The position numbers were made by a program, and so were the translations under genes. This document shows, one piece after another, positions 58,036 to 64,000 of a stretch of DNA of 64,000 nt. The stretch's first letter is position 1, and each line of letters starts with the position of its first letter. The stretch is from the human T2T-CHM13v2.0 reference genome, Homo sapiens: the NCBI RefSeq assembly GCF_009914755.1, contig NC_060948.1; one strand, 5' to 3'. The notes under the pieces are model-generated. The model was not told the DNA's origin. It did not search any database and saw nothing but the letters and a program-made list of their open reading frames with translations.

Positions 58036-58846
58036 ACAGCCATGGTTGCTGTCATTGCTGCCACTGGTGCTCAGACAAGGGTGACAGTTGGGGCCAGGGA
58101 CCCCTGTTTCTGATTAATTTCTCCTGTAAAGGTAACATGGAGAAGACTGGAGAGGAGCTATGAGAGTACAACAATGAAAAGGAAGACCTAGATGAGACCC
58201 TGTGGCAGACACTGTAGGTCCTGATGAAGATGTTTCCAGAGATGGTTCAGTTGCACAGTCCATGCCACTTACAATCTCCTCCTCTTTGTGACTCAGAAAA
58301 TGTACAGGTTTTCCAGGGCAGCTGTGTCTATTGAGACCACCTCCTTTATGTTACTCGTTCTTGCTTTCATCTTTGAGACTGAGAAGTTGCAAGTGGAGCA
58401 AAAGCAGCAATGATAGAAGCAAAAGACACTTCTCTAGGCTTTTAGGGCTGTAAGGAAGAAGGCATTCTGTCAGGCACTCTATCTTTACTTCTTGGGATGA
58501 CCTAGATTGTGATTGCTCTATATGGGCTGTCACAGTGAGAGAAGTTTTAAAAGTTGATTATTTGATTCTTTTTTAACTTTGGCACATTAGCTAAACCTGG
58601 GGAAAAGAATTCTCCTCACATAGTCTCACAAAGAGATTCTACTTGCAATGGTGTCCTCCACACTATCCTGACATACTTTTGTTCACTCTGATACCAGAGT
58701 GCAGCCATGCAGATGTTATTCCAGCTCCAGCCACCCCACTTCTTTCACTAATTTATCCCTAACTGTAAGATTTCACTTTCCCATTATGGAGTAAGAACTG
58801 GTGCCAGTGAGAGATTCTTTTTCCCATTAATGACTGCTTATATATA

Positions 58847-58882
<36 letters not shown>

Positions 58883-58927
58883 CACACATATACATATATA
58901 TACACACACATATACACATATATATAT

Positions 58928-59011
<84 letters not shown>

Positions 59012-59270
59012 CTCTAGATTTCCAGGAGGGACAATGCAACAATATGAAATAGACAAAATGCATTAAACCCATAGTGCAAAGCAGCCACTATGAATCTCTG
59101 TGTGGCTGGAGGAGGAGGGAGGCCAGCTACACCTTCAGCCATAGCATGGAAACCATAGAGGACAAAGCAAGAGCTCATTTTCTCTGCACATTTTGGCTGT
59201 TAGACCTGTGTGTATGTAAATAAACAAATAAACAAAAACAGAAGCATTTGTTCACTTTTTGTATTTAAAT
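58036..59270 (+). pseudogene. TOMM22P: TOMM22 processed pseudogene (intronless CDS 58042-58505 with stops and frameshifts, plus probable 3'UTR)
   Basis: ATG at 58042 MVAVIAATGA; KGNMEKTGEEL*EYNNEKEDLDETL; MFPE; LFVTQKMYRFSRAAVSIETTSFMLLVLAFIFETEKLQVEQKQQ versus TOMM22 LFVAQKMYRFSRAALWIGTTSFMILVLPVVFETEKLQMEQQQQ; TAG at 58503. The 3' boundary is approximate. Confidence 0.93.
58839..59010. repeat. Compound (TG)n/(TA)n/(CA)n microsatellite
   Basis: Directly visible alternating purine-pyrimidine tract. Confidence 0.97.
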
Positions 59271-59537
59271 ATTTAAAATAAGTCCAACTAAAATTTACTT
59301 CATACTTTTTTTATTAGTGTAAACAATTTTTGCAATCTAATCTTGTATTCTGAAAAATTACTGAGTTCATTTACTAGCTTTAATAGTTGTTTGGGGGTAT
59401 GTTAATGTAACACTTACCAACTTATTATAAAGGATGTAGCAAAGGATACAGATGAACAGATGCACAGGGCAAGGAATGAGGAAAGGGGCATGAGTCTTCC
59501 ATGCCTCCCTGAGCATGCCGCCTTCCAAGAAGCTTCA

Positions 59538-59835
59538 GCTGGGCATAGTGGCTGATGCCTGCAATGTCAGCACTTTGGGAAGCCTGAGGCAGGTGGATAA
59601 CCTGAAGTCAGGAGTTGAAGACCAGCCTGGCAAACATGATGAAAACCCATTTCTGCTAAAAATATGGAAACAAATTAGCTGGGCATGGTGGGATGCCTGT
59701 AATCTCAGCTAGTTGGGAGGCTGAGGCAGAAGAATTGCTTGAATCTGGGAGGCGGATGTTGCAGTGAGCTCAGATTGCACCACTGCATCCAGCCTGGGCA
59801 AGAAGAACAAAACTCTGTCTAAACAACAAAAAAAG
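59538..59835 (+). mobile_element. Alu
   Basis: Two arms; TSD aagaagcttca on both sides. Confidence 0.95.
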
Positions 59836-59913
59836 AAGCTTCATGTGTTCCAATACCTGGAAGCTCTCTGAACTCTGTCTCCTTAGATTTCTATGGAGGT
59901 TCCATTACATCAG

Positions 59914-60307
59914 GGTATTAGTCCATTTTGTGCTGCTATAATTAAATACCTAAGCTGTGTATATTAAAAGAAGCAGCATCACATGACTCACAGCTCTGCA
60001 GGCTGTACAAGAAGCATGACACCAACATCTTCTCCTGGTGAGGCTTCAGGAAACATTCAGTCATGATGGAAGGTGAAAGGGGAATAGGTATGTCATGTGG
60101 TAGGAGAGGAAACAAGAGAGAGGAGATAGTCCGCCAGTCTTTGTAACAATGCATCTCATGTGAACATATTAGTGTGGGAAGGGTGCCAAACTATTTACCA
60201 GAGATTCACCCCCATGACCCAAACCCCTCCCACAAGACCCCACCTCCAATATTAGAGATCCCATTTCAACATGAGGTTTGTAGGGGAAACGTATTCAAAC
60301 TATATTA
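59914..60307 (-). mobile_element. MST (MSTB-like) MaLR LTR
   Basis: gtattagtccattttgtgctgctata..caggctgtacaagaagcatg..aaactatatta. Confidence 0.82.
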
Positions 60308-60636
60308 CTAGGGATGATTGATTAAGCCATTGGCCATTGGTGGTCAAACTGACCTTCAGCCCTTGTCTCCTTGCTGCAGGTTAGGGTGTGGGGCTGAATG
60401 TTTCCACCCTCTAAGCATGCTTTGGTCTTTCTTGTGATGAGCCCAATTCTAAAGCTATCAGTGTTCATTAGCTGACATAAAAAAAGAAAGCACTTTGCAG
60501 CACATTGGAAATCCCAAGGATTAAGGTATCATATGCCAGGAAATAGAGGGGAAGATCAAATATATATTTCATGATATATATTTCACAATATATATTTCAC
60601 ACCTTTCCACCATCCCACCACCCACTTCAACACTTC

Positions 60637-60988
60637 TGATATGGTTTGGTGATGTCCCCAACCAAATCTCATCTCAAATTCCCATGTGTGAAAGGTACCT
60701 GGTGGGAGGTTACTGAACCATGTGGGAAGGTGTTTCTCATGCCGTTCTCATGATAGTGAATAAGTCTCATGAGATCTAATGGTTGGATAAGGGGGAGTTT
60801 CCCTACACAAGCTCTCTTTTTTGCCTGCCACCATTCACATAAGATGTGACTTGCTCCTCCTTGCCTTCTGCTGTGATTTTGAGGCCTCCCCAGCCATGTG
60901 TAACTGTAAATGCATTTAACCTCTTTATTTCGTAAATTACCCAGTCTCGGGTATCTCTTTATTGGCAGCATAAAAATGAACTAATACA
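60637..60988 (+). mobile_element. THE1 (THE1A/B-like) solo LTR
   Basis: tgatatggtttgg..ccaaatctcatct...gaactaataca. Confidence 0.9.
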
Positions 60989-60989
60989 C

Positions 60990-63880
60990 CCACCATGTTA
61001 AAACTTGGATCCCTTACATGAAATGAACATACAACTCAAAAGATATGGCCACATGACTACAGTCACATTTCACCATTGATAATTAGTTCGATCCATCATA
61101 TTGTAGTAATGTCTCCTAGGATGAGTTCATTCAGGTTTCAGGCTTCCTTTCAATCTTGTCAGGTTCTAAAGCAAGAGTGATGTTGGGAAACACACAACTT
61201 TACTCTTGCAGGCATCTGGTGTAAATGAGCTAAGACTCATTATCTCTTGCTCTGAAATTCTTTTGAGGTGATGGTAAATTTTCCTCAGTTTAGAATCCTG
61301 TTCTAGTTTAGATTGTAGGCAGCTATACCAATCCAGCAAGTAGCTTCTCCTCAGTCCACTCTCATTCAGATACACTCCCATTCAGATAAAGTTATCTACA
61401 TAAAAATAGAAATGAATAGGGTTTTTTTTTCCACCAGAAAATACAACTGCATTTACTATTAGACCCACTTTTCCTGAATAGAGTGAAGACACAACCCACC
61501 CCCAATAGGCCCTTAGGAATTCTGAAGTAACATTTGAATATATAGTTATGGTTTCTTGTTTGGATATTATTTATGCTTTCTGCACTTGCCATTGCAGCCT
61601 TGATCCTAAGACTACTGCATCAGGCAGGGGAGAAAGAAAATTTGAAGTGATTTGGGGAATAAAGAAAAAATAATAGTTACACCAGTGTGCTTCTTCCTTG
61701 CCAAGAATTTCATGGTCATATCAGGGTCCTCCAGTTACAGTAAGTAGGTAGTCAGGCATGAACAGGGCAGAAGAGACCCCCATCTCTGTCAGGTGACCAT
61801 CAGGTGATGGTCAGGCAGTTGCTAAACTGTCTCTCTATAATAAAAGTTGCTCATTACCAGTGTCAGAGCAAGGTCGGTTCCCAAAATATAAAAACATCTA
61901 AAACTTGTGATTAATAGCTTCTAAGTAAGATATCAGGAGTTGGGTCACTGTGCCCAAGCATGTGCAGTAAGAGGCAAAATAGCAGAACGTAACTGGTGTA
62001 TGACCTTCTAGGAACCCTTGACTGGTAAGGAAAGAATGTACCACATTCACACAACTTCAGTAAACAAACTGAGAATGTGTCCCCTCCCAAGTGCTAGCAG
62101 GGCACTTCACATGCAGACAGCTTGCTACAAAGGAAGAATAAGGAGAGAAAGTATGCAAGACCTCAGAATTATACCAACATATATGACTGCAAGTCAGAGG
62201 TTAAACCTGGTACTTGATTCAAGATGACTTAAGAGCAAGTCATCTGGTTGGCCCTTTCCAAGCTACTTTACTCTCTTTCTTTCCTGATCGAAAACCTTTT
62301 TAATACACTTTCACTTCTGCACTAGAACTTGCCTCAGTCTATTTCCCTGCCTTATGTGCCTCAGACAAATACTTTTTTTCTGATGAGGCAAGAACTGAAG
62401 TTGCTGTAGACCCATATGGTTTCAATGCCGCACTGGATTCAGTGCTGCTAACAACCCTGTCACCCACTTATCCCCAGATCGATCTGGAAAATAGAAAACT
62501 CTAGTGAAGACACATTGTTTATTCCATGCATGTTAAGTCAGAGCACACTTAGGAAGACATGGAAGCCAGTCCTTTATGCTTTCATCTCCACCCATTTTAG
62601 ACAATCAGTGTTTTAATTGCCTATTTTACAATAGTTTTAATCACACCATTACTCTGGGGAGGATACCTCTCTGCCTATTGTTGGATATTATGGGCTGTAC
62701 AGAATGTTTTTTGATCTAAAGAAATGACAGTCAGCCATCCAAATCCATGCAATATCTTCTGTTCTATTTATTGTGTGGCACTCTGAGAATTAGCATCTTC
62801 CCCCATGTAATGGAAGCCCACTCCAGACTCAGTGTCTACTCCTCTATTCTCTGTCCCCTTTGAGAATACCAGTCTTGGTATTGCTTGCCAGACATGTACA
62901 GGGCTTTCTCACCAGAAACTCTGCTCCAGAGCCATCTGCAGTATATGTCTTGCTGGCTGACAAGCATAGCGGTTCTTACTGGCCTTAATGGCCTGAGACA
63001 ATGTAAGAGGACTTATCTAGATTTGGCCCATATCTGCACTGCTGCAGAAACCCCATATACATCCATTTCATGGCTGCAAGTGACCACCTCAAGGGAACAC
63101 ATGGGGATATCTACTTATCAATTCTAGTCACATTCTGGAAGGGGGCTTTTTCTGGGTGTATCCATCTGTCTTACTTTTTGAGTATGGAAGGGGGCACTTT
63201 GTGTGGGCATCCACTTGTCTTACTTTTATGCACCCCTGAAGTTTCTATAGTAATTTCTACATGGCCATGCCCCATACTGGCATTGTTTTAATTGGCCAAT
63301 TAAATTGGTCATTGTCCTTCTGCCTGACCATGTGACCAAGCAGGGCATTGGCTAGCCATTACCCATGAGTTAGTTAGTGAAAACTCAAAACAGAGTTAAT
63401 TCTTTCATTATTGTGGGAAAACAGCATGCAGTTCAGCTCCCTGAGCCACCTTGTTTTCTTCTTTTTTTTTTCTAATCAAAGTAGAAGACTCCATACATGT
63501 TGCTCATTCACCTTGTAACTGTCATCCACAAACCCAGCAGCTCTTTGTTGGTCAATTGATAGCTCTTTGTCAGGCTCTGTAGAATCCAGCAGCTCCTCAC
63601 TGTTCTAGAGTCAGGTGTAGGGTAAAACAGGCTCTCTGCTCATGAGTATCTCCTCCTTGCAGTCCACCAGTAGAATCATCCTTTATAACAGATTTGCACT
63701 TTTTCATGTATTTCATATCTTTTGGGTATTGCTTCCCTTATTAGAGCGTTTCCTAGGAACCAGCTCAGATGTCAAGATCAAGTGTCAAAATTACTTCATG
63801 TCCTCCATCATAGAGGTAGCTTTAGTCACTGTCCCAGAGCAAGGTCGTAGTACATGCCCCTTAAATAAACTAACTTTGTT
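60990..63880 (-). mobile_element. Degenerate ERVL-class internal sequence (pol RNaseH/IN remnants), split by MER50
   Basis: Adjacent to the MER21-like LTR; minus strand near 63350-63385 reads as an FT-x-SWVMA-like RNase H motif with a small indel; heavily decayed. Confidence 0.5.
61733..62452 (+). mobile_element. MER50-like ERV1 solo LTR
   Basis: gtaggtagtcaggcatgaacagggcag..tgtcaggtgaccatcaggtgatggtcaggcagttg...gctgctaaca. Confidence 0.8.
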
Positions 63881-64000
63881 TCTTTCTTTCTCTCTCTCTT
63901 TCCGTTTCTTTCTTTCTTCTTTCTTCTGTTTATAAAATTTTTGTTTTTCTTTATTTCTTCTAAAAATAACCTGTGCAGAAATTACAGGTTTTTTACGTAG

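Larger units (their letters stand above)
59395..60540 (-). mobile_element. MER21-like LTR with nested Alu and MST
   Basis: ttattataaaggat..aaaggatacagatgaa..atgattgattaagccattggccattgg..accttcagccc motifs. Confidence 0.72.

Noticed and set aside
58827-59072. HT/CV/YI-repeat ORFs
   Set aside because: Translations of dinucleotide microsatellites.

Overview
Gene-free, repeat-saturated primate (human/ape-like) genomic DNA with no intact protein-coding gene; almost all listed ORFs are repeat-derived noise. Layout: (1) 1-14360, an old diverged beta-satellite (68-72 bp) domain in which monomer arrays alternate with a recurrent 0.6-1.2 kb spacer block and carry MLT2A, THE1 and Alu insertions. (2) 14365-19795, a truncated HERV-K(HML-5)/LTR22 provirus on the minus strand, fused to an L1 5' half. 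(3) 22340-38225, about 30 diverged copies of a ~180 bp tandem repeat that I cannot assign to a named satellite family, split by LTR12, MER4A, L1PA, Alus and a two-LTR ERV1 element whose pol remnant lies upstream of gag. (4) 38228-57960, nested LTR/L1/Alu debris including a full-length dead L1PA. (5) A TOMM22 processed pseudogene at 58036-59270 plus a separate second TOMM22 fragment, then MER21/MST/THE1/MER50/ERVL debris. The combination suggests the male-specific Y chromosome (inference). Subfamily names are from recalled consensus sequences, not a database search, and coordinates are read by eye.
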